NCBI RefSeq assembly: GCF_036321535.1
Contig: NC_087436.1
Span: forward strand, 72,790,001-72,854,000
Length of the DNA stretch: 64,000 bases
DNA from: Camelus dromedarius
Taxonomy: Eukaryota
Direction: 5' to 3'
Each line of letters starts with the position of its first letter. Position 1 is the stretch's first letter. A model generated the notes under the pieces. That model made no database searches, had not been told where the DNA came from, and was given only the letters and a program-made list of their open reading frames with translations. This document shows positions 1 to 12,789 of this stretch, in pieces. A program made the translations under genes and the position numbers.

Positions 1-29
1 ACACATTCTCTTATTTAAATATATGGGAA

Positions 30-240
30 GTTGTGGGTTCAAATCACAACTTTGCCACCTTTGATTCATACGGCTTTTGGCAAGTTGCTAATGTCAATGA
101 GTATGTTTCTCCACTGGAAATTGGAGATAATGATACCTACCTCAGAGTTTCTGTAAAGATGGAAATGAAGTAATATAGGTAGAATGCTAAACATAAAGCT
201 TGAAAATAAAATATACTTAATATAGAGTCGTTACTATTAC
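30..240 (+). mobile_element. MIR SINE
   Basis: gggttcaaatc...ttttggcaagttgcta...ggagataatgatacctacctcagag resembles the MIR core. Confidence 0.8.
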
Positions 241-410
241 AATTATTAACAAGCACATAATTGTTTGGGAAGGAAGCTGACACACAGCACAAACATGAGT
301 AAGTGACAGAACATCATTCAGCGGAAAAGAACCTGTAACCATGGTGGGAGAATCCTAGAGTGGAGTCTAGTCTGGCCATGTTTGTGAACTTAATAAAGAT
401 TTCCTTTAAG

Positions 411-635
411 TGGCGTGATATAGCTGTGCGTGTGGGCAGGAGAAGGTCTCCCAGGCACGCAGGAAAGATGTGGATCATCAAACAAGTTTTGTTAGGGACC
501 TTGACGTGAACTACCTCCTACACTGCAAATGATTATAACATCTGCTGTGAATCAGCTATCAGAAGACCCAGTGTTGTCCCGGTCCTATTTAAACCTGTCT
601 GGTGGAAACTTGGGAATTTCCATTGGCATTTGCAT
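411..635. promoter_or_regulatory. Candidate enhancer: GCGTG/XRE cluster, NF-kB site, octamer
   Basis: TGGCGTG 411-417, GCGTG 428-432, CACGC 456-460, TGACGTG 502-508, GGGAATTTCC 612-621, ATTTGCAT 628-635; unique sequence. Confidence 0.4.
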
Positions 636-680
636 TCGGTTTATAGTCTCAAACAGGGTTTAGGTACAAATACCACTTAC

Positions 681-813
681 CTTGAAGAATTTATCTTAGT
701 CTTATTCGCAAACCTTATGTGTTTTTTTCCTCCACTTCTGACACTAATTAGAAAACCAGCATTCGCGTCTGTATTATTTTTCAAAGACAAATTCATAACA
801 GGTTTGACAAATT
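681..813 (-). other. Candidate internal exon (133 nt)
   Basis: Minus strand: long T tract + ctggcttacttgccAG acceptor; AAG|GTAAGT donor; one open frame. Confidence 0.4.
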
Positions 814-1179
814 CTGGCAAGTAAGCCAGAAAAAAAAAAAAAAAAGGAAGACAGACAAAAGCACAGGCATGTCTGAATAAAAACTGCAAAACAATCAGGG
901 TCAGGAGTTAATAGAGACTTATATGGAAGAGAGGACCAATCTTTTAAGTTCATCCATTCTATCTCAGTCCTCTGCTGTGTGTGGATTGCTCCCTGTACAT
1001 GGGCCAGCTTCAGATGGGGGAAAGTGCTGAGCTGGTCCTGAGAAGAAGGGAAGTCATCTCTTCTTTGATGAGTCAGATGTAGGAAGTATTATGACCCGCA
1101 AGCCTGTGAGGGCATTTCCATATCACCTCTTTCCTGCTCATGTCTGCCTGCAGACATCGGTGCCATTGGAATGATTCCT

Positions 1180-1870
1180 AATTCTACATCTTTGGCTCTG
1201 ATTCTCATCTGAGTTGAGAATCAGATTGCTCAGCTGCCTACAAAAATCTCTTACTGGCAGTTCTGTTAGTACATCAACCCAACAAGAGTGAAACCAAACC
1301 AAGCATCTAACATCACTAGTCCTCCTCCACCAAGAATAAATTTTCATTATTTAATTACCATTTCTATCCTGAGCCCCATCATTCCTTCAGTCACCCAGAC
1401 TGACACCCCTCCAATCATCTTCAACTTTTCTAGTCCTTGCTATCCACAATGAATCAGTATTCACCAAATCTCCCTCTTCGATACCAAGATGTTTATTTAA
1501 TCCACCTTTATCTATTTCCATCGATGCTACTCTAACTTAAATTCTTGAAATTCTTACCTGGAGTTTTATAATTTGCTCATAACTGGTTCCCTTTCCTCCT
1601 GTGTCTCCATGGTCCAACCCATCCTTACTCCACTGCCAGTTTGACCTTCAGATTATATAAAAACCTAATTATGTTTAAAAATGTTCACATTCTTCCCACT
1701 ACTGCCTATCAATAAATGTCAAACTTCTTAGCCCAGCCATTAAGACCCTCTATTATCTAGCTCCATATTTGCTAGACATTGATCTTCCATGATTCCTGTA
1801 TCCCAATCTACATTCCATCCAAACTGAGCTGTAAATACTTATCATCCGTCTCTCCCTTTGGCTGGGATAG
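1180..1870 (+). mobile_element. L2 LINE fragment
   Basis: cttacctggagttttataatttgctcataactggttccc...actgccag matches the L2 3' region pattern. Confidence 0.7.
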
Positions 1871-2015
1871 CTCTACAATGGGTGTTTTACACTGGCTTCT
1901 AGAATTTTGTCTATGGCATAAGCCTGATCTTCCACAGTGGTTGTGCATCTTCATTGGTTGCTTCCTTTCCTTGTGTCTCTCCCCTCACTCCTCTGCTGGC
2001 ACTTCACTCACCTCC

Positions 2016-2917
2016 TATGGTAGGTTTTATTAATGGTCCCAAATCTTTATCCTTCCCTGGACCTATACTCTGCTATGTTACTTTGCCATTTCTCTCATTA
2101 AAGAGGCAGAATGTATTTTCCCACCTTCTGAATCTAGGCTGGACTTCTGTGGCAGTCATGAGAATATACCTCACAGGCTTCCAACCACATGAAGTAAAAT
2201 TGACCACGGGCCCGAACCCCCAGCTTCTCTGCTCTTAAAACTCATTGCTACATCCATACTGAGGAAATGCCTCCTTGGCACTGCTCCTAATCAATGACTG
2301 ACTGTTCTCAGGAGACACAGGATTCCTGGGTCTGATGGCCATCTCTGGCTTGAGGACTCCCCAGTGGCCTTGTCAAAGTATTTTTAGAATGCAGGACAGT
2401 CTCGGACACTTCCACCCGCTTTCTTCCCTCTCTCATTCAGTGGGGTCAGACCTGCATTGTGGTCCATGGCTAGCCCAATGTTTCCAGGTGCTTCACCCGA
2501 TTCTCTCTCACAGCTATTTTTCCATAAGGGAATCCTAACATGTTTAATTTCATCTCAGCAGTCTCGACATCTGCTTCCTGGACCTGCTTTGTGACTTTGC
2601 CGTAGTGATTAGCAAACATGACCAAAGCAGAGGCTCTAAAACATACCCATGTTTTCCTGTTTGCTCTTGTCCTCTGTCATCTTCATGAGTAGGGCACACC
2701 CTGTCTCTGGTCCCAGGAATAAGATGAGAGATTCATGGACCAGGGCAAAGTCACCTCAGTCTTCCCATCTGAGCAGATCAACTGGCAGCCAGTTAACCCC
2801 TAACAGGTGAGCAAGTCCAGCCAAGACCAGCTGAGCCCGACTCAAATCATCTCAGTGCAGCAGATCCTTCAGCTAAATATCTGCTTATTGCTATATCCCA
2901 AGATACAGCAATAGCTG
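2016..2917 (+). mobile_element. MLT1 (MaLR) LTR, interrupted
   Basis: tatggtagg...aagaggcagaatgtattttcccaccttctgaatctaggctgg; resumes at ~2590 with ttgtgacttt; ends cagcaatagctg. Confidence 0.7.
2148..2585 (+). mobile_element. LTR16-like ERVL solo LTR nested in the MLT1
   Basis: tgtggcag start; gggtcagacctgcattgtggtc; 3' end catctgcttcctggacct. Confidence 0.65.
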
Positions 2918-3644
2918 CCTTTTCCTCAGAATTATTCTGCCAATAGGAAAGTGATAAACTTCTCAAACAAGCTTCAAATCCTTCAAATTTTTATCTGGAA
3001 GAACCAAAACCAAGACAATGTGTAAGGGCATTTTATATTATGTTATGAGATATGCACTCAGTATTTAGAGTTTAAAACTTAACCCTCAATTTCCAAGAAC
3101 ACTGGGCCGAGGAACAGAACCTGGCACTCTGCATAGTACCAAAGACAAAGAGAGCTGGTGTAGAGATTCAACACAGAGTTTTCTGTTAGCTTACCTGGGA
3201 CTTCTTCAGTTTAGAAGGGAGGCATGGAATGTTCCTGATGAGAAAGTTAACCTGTTAATCAATTGTGTGCCTTCTTCCGGGCTGAACTGAGGGACTGTGT
3301 ACAAGGAAGCTCTAGATCTATAAACACATTCTTAAAGGGACTATTCTTTGGTGTCAAACTGTCATCCAGGTCCAACTAGACAGGTACTGATTGGCATGAA
3401 GGAACATCTGGCCAAAATGGCTCTGTTAACAAAAAAATGAGGCAGGGGAATCTTTCTACAGAGATATTCTGCTTTCCTGCAAATGTAAGAACAAGCAAAA
3501 TACAGACAAAGCAACTCAGGTGATACTGTCAGTAGACAGCTGAAATGGTTAGGAGGAAACTGCTGCTCAAACCTTTCTCCAAGAGTCATCGCAGAGAAAC
3601 AGCTGGTTTAAGAACGTGCAAATAGAACCAGAGTATTCATCCTT

Positions 3645-3757
3645 GTACATCTTTGAATGAGGACAGATACCTATGACGTGTTGATAGCTTCAGTCCCCAG
3701 CAGAGTGCCCGTCATATGATAGATACCTTATACATAGTTGAGTAAGTAAATAAATGT
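3645..3757 (+). mobile_element. L2 3' end
   Basis: ccccagcagagtgcccgtcatatgatag...gttgagtaagtaaataaatg. Confidence 0.6.
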
Positions 3758-3859
3758 TGTATGACTACTTCCGAGATCCAACAAGGTTTTCAGAAAAAAA
3801 ATTTATCTCCAAAAAATTAATTTTACTCCACTGAAAGTCTACGTTATTGCAGTAATTCC

Positions 3860-4035
3860 AACTCAGCCACTTACAAACAAAATTGCTTAATCTCTCTGTG
3901 GTTCCATTTCCTCTTCTAAAAATTGGAGATGATAATAATATGAACTCAGGATTGTTATTGGATAAACTGCAGTTAAAGTCTATCACATGCTTAGAACAGT
4001 GCCTGGCATCTGTTAAATGTTTAATTCATGTTATC
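3860..4035 (+). mobile_element. MIR SINE
   Basis: ttgcttaatctctctgtg...tttcctcttctaaaaattggagatgataata...cttagaacagtgcctggca. Confidence 0.8.
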
Positions 4036-5139
4036 TAGATGAAGCAGTAATAATAGTGGTAGCAGTAGTCAACGTAGTAGCAGCAGGGGTGGTGGTGGTG
4101 GTGAAGTAGTGTGAAAATCAGTCTACACCATCCAACGATATATCATAAAATCGAATTAAAGTGTGAGTATTCGAGGACAATAGTAACAATTTAACTAAAA
4201 CTTTCCCATGTTTAAATAAAAGACAGATCTTAATTGTAACCTATAACCTATATTAAAAAATGTTTTACCAGAATTTGTTTCTGGCAATATAGCTAAGTAA
4301 ATAACTAAATCCATTAAGGAATTTGGGTCCCTGGAAAAATAGTAAAATATTAGAATTATTTTAAACTTCTAAGTTATAATATCTTTTATGTCACCACTGT
4401 TTTTCTAAAGTGTTTTTGGATACACATAACTCTTTTTCCCAGTCCTAAGGTCAGAGTCACTAGTCAGACTCACCCAGGAGAGCTGACTTGCTCAGGAGCA
4501 CCTAACCTCTCCAAGCCTGGGCGGGTGGTTTCCTGTCTGTGTTTGTTTTGAACCTGTTCCAGGGCTTGTGGTTTTTGGGCAGGCTCATACTTCGTGTTAT
4601 CATCCTTCTGCATATTTAAAGATAGTGTTGATTTTGCAATTGGGCATATGACTCCTGCATTTCTCAGAGAGGCTTATGGGAATCTGTCATGTTCTGGTTT
4701 GCTTGTTCTTTCCTCTTTTCATGCTTACACTCTGCAAGCTCCATCAAGCCTAATCTTTAAGATTAAAAATTTTCCTTCATTTCAAGATGAGAAACAAGTT
4801 TTGAATACTGGAATCATAGAATAAAAGATAGGAAATTCAAGTAAGCTAAAGCAACTAGAAAAAGATTTCTCTTTTAGGAAATAAAAATTATTTTGCCTTA
4901 TCAAGATAAAGAACAAGGCAATGGTTAGAGAATGTGAATTTGCCATGTGACTTGAGCAGAAGCAGAACAAGCAGTCATACGTTAAAGAATTGTTAGAGAG
5001 GCAGAGGAGACCCCTTTTGTCCTGCTGCCCCCTTCCCTATTAAAAAGGATGTCTTACCCTCCAGTTTCTTTCTTCTGCTGGAAATTCTTCTATTACGAAT
5101 ATATTTCTCAAGTTTATAGTTCTAAAAGACCTCTGGAAA

Positions 5140-6026
5140 GAGATTATACAACTCAACATCAAAAAAACAAACAAGCTTATCAAAAAATGGGCAGAATACA
5201 TGAATAGACATTTTTCCAAAGAGGAGATGCAGATGGCCAACAGGTCCATGAAAAGATGCTCAACATTGCTAATCATCAGGGAAATGTAAATCGAAACCTC
5301 ATACCTGTCAGAGTGGCTATCATCAAAAAGAACACAAATAAAAAATGTTGGCAAGGATATGAAGTAAGGGAAATCCTCATACACTGTCAGTAGGAATACA
5401 AATTAGTGCAGCCACTGTAGAAAACAGTATGGTGATTCCTTGAAAGAATTAAAAACAGAACTACCATATGATCCAGCAATTCCATGCACCTTAATGTTCA
5501 TATTAACATTATTTACATTTGCCAACATATGGAAGCAACCTAAATGTCCACCAACACAATGAACAGATAAGGAAAATGTGGTGTATGTATACAATGGAAT
5601 ACTACTCAGCCATAAAAAAGAATGAAATTCTGCCATTTACAACAACATGGATGAACTTGGAGGGTATTATGCTAAGTGAAATGAGTCAGACAGAGAAAGA
5701 CAAATACTGTATGATATCACTTATATGAGGACTATAAGAAATACAACAAACTACTGAATATAACAAAAAAGAAACAGACTCGCTGATACAGAGAACAAAT
5801 TAGTGATTACTAGTGTGGGGGAGGGGCCACATAGGGGTAAGGGATTGAGAAGTACAAACTATTATGTATGAAATAAGCTACAAGGATATACTGTACAACA
5901 CAGGGAATATAGCCAATATTTTATAATAACTATAAATGGAATATAATCTTTAAAGTTATGGATCACTATATTGTACACTTGTAACTAATGTTGTACATCA
6001 GCTATACTTCAATTTTTTAAAAAAAA
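5140..6026 (+). mobile_element. 5'-truncated L1 (ORF2 C-terminus, 3' UTR, A tail)
   Basis: ORF 5519-5728 contains KMWCMYTMEYYSAIKKNEILPFTTTWMNLEGIMLSEMSQ, the L1 ORF2p C-terminus; frameshifted. Confidence 0.95.
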
Positions 6027-6077
6027 GGATGATCCATTAGGCTATTGACACCTTACCATCAATGACTCTCATAAATC

Positions 6078-6180
6078 AATCTCTCTCTTTCCCCCTTCTC
6101 TCTCTTTCTCTCATCCTTCTCCTTCTTCCTCTCCCTTTCCCTTTCACTCTCCCTCTTTCTCTCTCCCTCTTTCTCTTCAT
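6078..6180. repeat. CT-rich low-complexity polypyrimidine tract
   Basis: About 100 nt almost entirely C/T. Confidence 0.9.
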
Positions 6181-9100
6181 CTTGAGAGCTAGATCAAAGT
6201 ACCATTTGATGAGGAGATAGTAGAAGTCTGAAACCTTCGAAAGTACTTCATTCACTCTGCACGAATATGTTGCAAACCCATTTCCTATCACATACTGCAC
6301 TAGACACTAGGAATGCAAATCCTAGTAAGACACACGTGCTCAAAACTTCTAAGCATGTCTGAGGAAAGGGCCTGACATAATAAAATCATTTTGACCTTTA
6401 TCCCTCAAAATTCCTCTGAGCTAAATTTTTGAACCACTGCAAATGTTCGTCAAAGCTCTGAGACCACTGGGTGGAGCAGCACTCCCCTCACTTCCCCTGT
6501 AGTCTCTGCTTCGGTAGCATCACCTTGGTATGGACTCTGACTCCACGAACATCAAACAATGCACAACCTCTATTCTCCCCATGTCCCTCCATTTGTTAGA
6601 GGAAACCCCACATTCTTAGGACCACCTAAACCTACGTAGAGGTGAGCAGGCACCAATGCTATTGACAGGGCTGTGAGACAGAAGTGGGTGACCCAGAGAG
6701 AAGCACTCTAAACAAGAGCACCACGGCTCTCCCTAGGGTTTCCTAGTTCCATGTCTTGTCCATTGAGGTATTTCTCTATGCCTTTACTGTATGGTATTCA
6801 TTTCTCTAGTATGTGGAAAACCATGATCATTATCACCCAAATTTTGAACTTTCTTAAGAAATAGTGAAAGAGTGGCATAAGAGTCCAGGTGAACAACTGC
6901 AGTTTGTCCAGGCACAGACAGTGAGTCCTCCATCTAGCCTGTGCCCAAGGATGTCCTGCCCAGGCCGAGATAGCACCCCAGTGCAGCTCAGCTTGCACAT
7001 GGCCCCAGACGCACAATCTCACCAAAGGCTTGGAGAGAGGAAGACCGCCAAGCAGGCAGAGTCTGCACCTGAGATGCAGGGCAGGGCTCTCAGGCAACTG
7101 GGGCCAGGGATGGGCATGGGAGACCCCACCCCCAGCTTCAACCCTCGCCCCTTCCAGGGTTTGAAATGATCAGTTCTCACATCTAAGAAATAAAACCCTG
7201 GCACTGAAAACTATCCTGAGATACTGGGCACACAAAATCAGTCATTAGTCAGGACTGATTCAATACTCCAGGGGGATGGAGAGATCAAAGACAAGATATT
7301 GTTCACCCAGAACTTAATATTTTAAATAAGTTTGCCTTTAGGGGACAAGATAAAATAAAGTAGCATAATTTACAAGGTGAGTGACTGCTGTAATACGGTA
7401 AGGGCAGGGCCGAGGTGGGAGTAAACTCCCAACCCTGATCTAAAGCCTCTGACTCATAGGTGGCAACCGTACTCACTTACAGGCTTTGGGTACCCTGGGG
7501 GGACCCTGAGGAGAAGGTGCTGTCAGAGTGTGGATTTTGTGAGCTCACCCTCCCATTTTTTCCCGGAAGACCTCAGCTATTGTCTGGTCATTAACTCATA
7601 TGAGTTTGGGTAAATCACCAAGATTATATATACTATTTGGCCACGCAGACCTGTGACCTCATCACCAAACCGCTGTCTGGGTGATAAGATCCCAGTCCCA
7701 CCCCTGCTGACATTGACACATGGCCTCCTTCTGTGTGTTCCTTCCCTCTCCATCAGCTCATTCCAGGGGCAACTGTAAGATGAGTCAGAAGCCCTCCCCT
7801 CTTGACTGTTACTAGCTTCATGAGCCACCTCACCTCCTAGTTCATAGTCTCAAGCAACTATGCTCTCCTTTTTAAAAACAAGTTCCAGGAAGAAACAGAG
7901 GTGCTAAATTGTATAATGCCTACTACCTCTTTAGAATGAGACTATGAGAAACCCAAGCTCACCTCCAAAAAGGTACTTATCATTACAGGTAATGGTAACA
8001 AAGGCAGAACTCTAGTTCTGTCAGCTTAAAGCAGCAGACTAAAGCTAGAAAAAAATTTTAATGAATTCTTCATATAGAGTTTTCAGATTTTCATTAAATG
8101 TTTCCTACTAACTCAGCTAAGGATACAAAACCTGTAAGATACGTGCTCTGTTCTCTACTTACATCCTCAGTCTTTACTTACATACATATTACTGCTTAAG
8201 CTGGAGCCAGCAAGTATGTTTAATTGAACATCCCTTCTGACCAAGTGGCACTGATGCTAAGAATGTTATACTGAGGTTGCATCTGGACTTCAGGAAAAGT
8301 CGCTCCTTGCCCCCACCATGAACAAGAAGGAAGAGTGGTGGCATCTTGCCTCTATTTGCATCTTAGAGCCAAGCAATTAGCTATTGTTTCTGCAAGCATA
8401 TGAAATGCTTAATTTGTTCTCTGGATTGTGTCTTTGAAGATAAATAAAAAGTGAGAAAAACAAGCAATCTATACATTTTACTCTCCTTCTCATTTAAAAA
8501 TAACTTGAAGTCAATCTCATCATAGATCACAATTTGCCCCCAAACAAACTCTGGTATTCTCCTTCCATGAAATACAGTAGAAGCAAAAAAGAAAAACTTA
8601 GCAGTTATTATATTTTACATTTCAGGGTGTATAATCACAAATCAATAACTATACTCTAGGTGAACCATCCGGTTTGGATGCAGGCAGTCTGGCTTCTGTC
8701 CTACCACTCAGGGCACGTCTCAGGATGAGACCACCTCTGAGGAGAGACAACACAGCATCAGTCTCAAACTGGAAGGCAAGATGTCTTTATGCCTCTGAAG
8801 GACTCAGCTGTTTTGTTTTAAATAGAAAAGGATAATTCAGTAACATTTTTTTTCTGGCTTTCTCTTGTTTTTCCATTTCTATTGTCAAATACATTTTTGA
8901 ATACCTACTATGTACAGGTCTTGGTTCAGGCATTGGAAGACCCATGAGGAAAAAGAGAGGTATAATTATAAACTTTACATTTACTGGTGTTTGATAAACA
9001 TCTTCCCCTCCTGAATAGACTTCAAACGTCAAGGAAAAGAGTTGGCAGGAAAAAATCTATTTGCTGTCAGAGATGCTTGGAAATAATAGCAATATTACTA

Positions 9101-10164
9101 CCTGTCTTGACCTGGAACTGAGCTCAGAAGTTCGAAAGTAAAAAGTTGTGGAGAAGGAAGTTGACTCCCACATTTTAAAAAAGAAGTTTCATGTGACAGC
9201 AGTACTTGTTAATTGTCTGGGTAATTTTTATCTTTTTTCTTAACCTTAAGGTTTTTTTTTCTGATAATGTGTATGCTATATCAATGTCATATTATATAGA
9301 TAGTACTTAATTTTAACAGAGTATTTGCTTTTTTAACCATGTCTTTAATAGGATCCATTCACAAGGTTTTGCCTCCTTTTCAATGAAAGAAAATAATGAA
9401 AAGGTACTTGAATTCTTCAGGTTCAACAGTTTTTAGCTCCAAAAACTAAAGTTAAAAATATAATGTGATGGTACGAGGAGGTGAAATTTATCAGCAAGAA
9501 AAATTATGAATGTACTTTGAAAAGTCACCATTCACGAAAAGAGCATCATATATAAGAAGGGAAAAAATTCAAGATTCAGGGTATATGTGTGTATTCTACA
9601 AATCACTAAGCTGAGAAAACAGACAAAAGAAACAAACAGGAAGTAAATCATATGTTTGGCCAATAAATGTATATACAAGATACTTAACAAGCTAGTTTAA
9701 AAAATATATTTTTAAGTGGACAAGTGGAGTTACAGGACACTACATTTCCAGTTGATCAGATTTTAAATTACAACTAGAAAAGTAAAATCAATAATCAAAT
9801 TAACTGTCATCTGAGGAATTACACTTTTAGATTTATTACAGTATACCCCTTAATACAATAAATGGTAAACCATCCACCCTTGGCAGAAAAGGGAAATTCT
9901 TCTCATGGGAAGGGAAAATTGAATCTCATGGCTCTGACTCTAAAACCAATATGCAAGTGCCCCAGAATTCTCTCCGTGATTACTACTGCCGCCGCTGCAC
10001 TGGCTGCCAGAGGGACTCCTCTGCTTATGTCACCTGGCATAAACACAGGTACCTGCCTTTCACTTAATTCATCTGCTAATATCATGTAGAATGAGTCTGG
10101 ATGTCTGTCTTCCATTTTCACAATTTGAAGACATAATAGCTGAGAATATTCAAGTAGTATTAAA

Positions 10165-12050
10165 AACACAAATCCATAAATAAAAGAAACTTAATATATT
10201 ACCCAGTGGGACACATAAAAACAAGTTTACACTTAGACATATTGTGGTGAAACTGATGAGCACTGAAGACAGAGGGATTAGCAGATACACCCTACTACAT
10301 GTAAAACAGATACACAGCAAGGACCTACTGCACAGCACAGGGAACTGTAGTCAATGCCTTGTAACGGCCTGTAATGAAAAAGAGTATGAAAAGGATTATA
10401 TATATGTATAACTGAACCACTATGCTGTTTACCAGAAAATAACACATTGTAAACCAACTGTATTTCATTAAAAATTTTAAGACAGAGGAAAAAGTATATA
10501 TTCCTCTTAAAATTGGTTCAAAAGAAATAGACCGAAAAATTCTAAAATTATTTTTTAAAAAAACTTTCCACAGACAACATCCATCCCAGTTTATACGTGT
10601 GTTTTACCCAACTTTATATGATAAAAAATTTTAAACCCTTTACTTTTCTAACGAATGGAAAGAAAAAGAACACACTCCCCAGCTCATTTAAAGAAGCAGT
10701 ATAACCACGATACTAAATCAAAGCAGAGGTAAGGGAACAAACAAATAAAACTACTAGCTAACTTGGTCTGTGAAAAGAGATGCAAAATTTCTTAACAAAG
10801 TAGTGTAAAGCCAAATCCAGCTATGCATAAAAAAGATTGTGTACCATCAACAGGTATAGTTTGTCCCTAGAAAGAAAAGATAATTTAAGATAAGAAAATC
10901 AATAAAATGTAAGTTATCACACCAATAGATTAAAGAAGAAAAACTATGTAATAATTTCAACAGAGGCAGAAAACATTTTGATAACCATAAATACATATTC
11001 ATGATAAAAATAATTTTAAGGCTTTTATACCAAAACAAGAATAGAAGGAAACTTCCTTAACCTGTTATAGAGTATCTACCAGAAACCTTCAGCAAGTATC
11101 ATTTTTAATAGTATAACATAACAAACATCCCATTAAAATAGAAATGTTCACCATTTCTGTTTAGCATTGTAATGGAGGTTCTGGCTAATCAAGTAAGCAG
11201 AAAATAAAGTTATAAATTTTGGGAAGAAGAAAGCAAAACTACAATTATTTGCAGATCATATCATTTTCTATATAGAAATTTTAAAACATTTACAAATATT
11301 TTTTAAATTATTAAGAGTTTACAAGAATGCTAGAAGCAATATCAACATGTAAAAATTAGAAGAATAATATTTAATTGAAAAATCTTATTCAAAAAAACAA
11401 GGAAAACATAAGATACACAGTAATTTATCTAAGTACAGACATATATGCTGATAACTTTAAAATTTTTATTGAAGGACAAAAAAGACCTAAAAAAAATGAA
11501 GAGCTATTACATGTTTATGAATAAAACACCTCTTTGTAGTAATGATGCCATTTATCTTTAATTTAATCTAATTCCAAAAATTCCAATCAAAATACCAAGA
11601 AGATTATTTATCAAATTTGATAAGCTCATATTAAATAGTCACATAGAAAAAAAATACAGAAGACCAAGGAGAGCCAACCAAATTTCAAAGTTAGGAGATT
11701 TGCTCTATTGGAAGCAAGAACTTGTAGCGAGCTATAGTAATTAAGACAATATAATATCATCTCAGAGATGAACCAGGTAGGCAATGGAAAAGAGGAGAGA
11801 AACTAGAAAGAGCCCCAACATATATATGGAAATTTGGTATATGATACAGGTGACATTTCAAGCACTGGGGGGAAGGAAAGATATTTCAATAATCAGACTA
11901 AAACAATTTGTTATCCATAAAAAAAAATTCCTACAATATGCCATTCTCAAAAGTTAGCTAAGACTATTTTAGAATAGAAAGGTAATTAAAAAATTTAGTC
12001 TACTAGATATTAAAATACATTACAGAGCTACAATAAGTAAAATAATGCGA
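10165..12050 (+). mobile_element. Ancient degraded L1M (ORF1 remnant then ORF2 remnant)
   Basis: tacacttagacatattgtggtgaaactg; gaggcagaaaacattttgataa; gaaggaaacttccttaacctg; attatttgcagat. Confidence 0.85.
10276..10478 (+). mobile_element. Short young L1 3'-UTR tail nested in the old L1
   Basis: Perfect 10-bp TSD aagacagagg at 10266-10275 and 10479-10488. Confidence 0.9.
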
Positions 12051-12059
12051 TTCATGTGT

Positions 12060-12129
12060 CAGAATTCTTAGAACAGAACTTGGCACATTTGAAGCACTCG
12101 GTAAATACTTGTTGAATGAACGAATGAAT
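12060..12129 (+). mobile_element. L2 3' end
   Basis: ttggcacatttgaagcactcggtaaatacttgttgaatgaacgaatgaa. Confidence 0.8.
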
Positions 12130-12349
12130 TCACCAGCCTCCTCTTCTACAATTCATTTCGCTCCTAGCTAATCTCACATATTTATTGGGGAGATTCTGTT
12201 ATGTGGTGGTTAGTTACTTGGGCTTTAGAGTTAGATGACCTTAGTTTCCATCTCAGCTCAACCAGTTACAGTCCAGAAACTCTGAGGACTGTACTGGAAA
12301 ACAGCGTCCACTGAAGATGAGCTCGTGATTAACAGTGACAAAACACGGG

Positions 12350-12740
12350 AGGAAAGTTTTCATGTGTAAGTAGGATCTATTTCTGAATCCTTAACTTCTG
12401 TCCTACTGATCTATTGTTGTGCCAGTTCCAGATTGTTACTCACAATGGACTTACAATATATTTCACAACATGAAAGGTCAAGTCCTCCCTTGTTACTATG
12501 TTTTTCAAATTTTTCTTGGTTATTCTCATTCATCGTTTTTCTCCAGAAGAAACTAAATATAAGCTTCCCAGGTTAAAACACTGTAATTTTGATTTGAATT
12601 GCCGTAAGTTTGGGAAAAGACAACATCTCTACAGTACTAATTCTTTCCACTCAAAAACATGCCATGTGTGTCTCTATCCAGCCCTTTTTTTGTGTTCCTA
12701 TAATTGACACATTTTTTGGAAAACGTGATTCTTGAGTGAA
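12350..12740 (-). mobile_element. Old L1 ORF2 fragment
   Basis: ggatctatttctgaatcc...tctgtcctactgatctat...ttactatgtttttcaaatttttcttggttattct. Confidence 0.7.
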
Positions 12741-12789
12741 TTTACCAGCCTCCCCACCTAGAATTCATTTAGCTCCAAGGACCCAGACC

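Larger units (their letters stand above)
1883..3017 (+). mobile_element. Outer ERVL-class solo LTR, interrupted
   Basis: TG start; aaccaaaaccaagaCA end; near-TSD atggg (1878-1882) / atgtg (3018-3022). Confidence 0.45.

Noticed and set aside
5042..5051. aaaaaggatg repeated after the L1 tail (about 6022-6031) as a possible TSD
   Set aside because: About 90 nt of non-L1 sequence intervenes and the word is A-rich, so it may be chance
5040..5728. ORFs with L1 ORF2-like or antisense-L1 peptides (also 15564, 25551, 25700, 28118, 39274, 41922)
   Set aside because: Fragments of dead, truncated L1 copies, not genes
9862..10169. Overlapping ORFs with a poly-Ala run
   Set aside because: No recognisable domain or splice context; a short GCC run explains it
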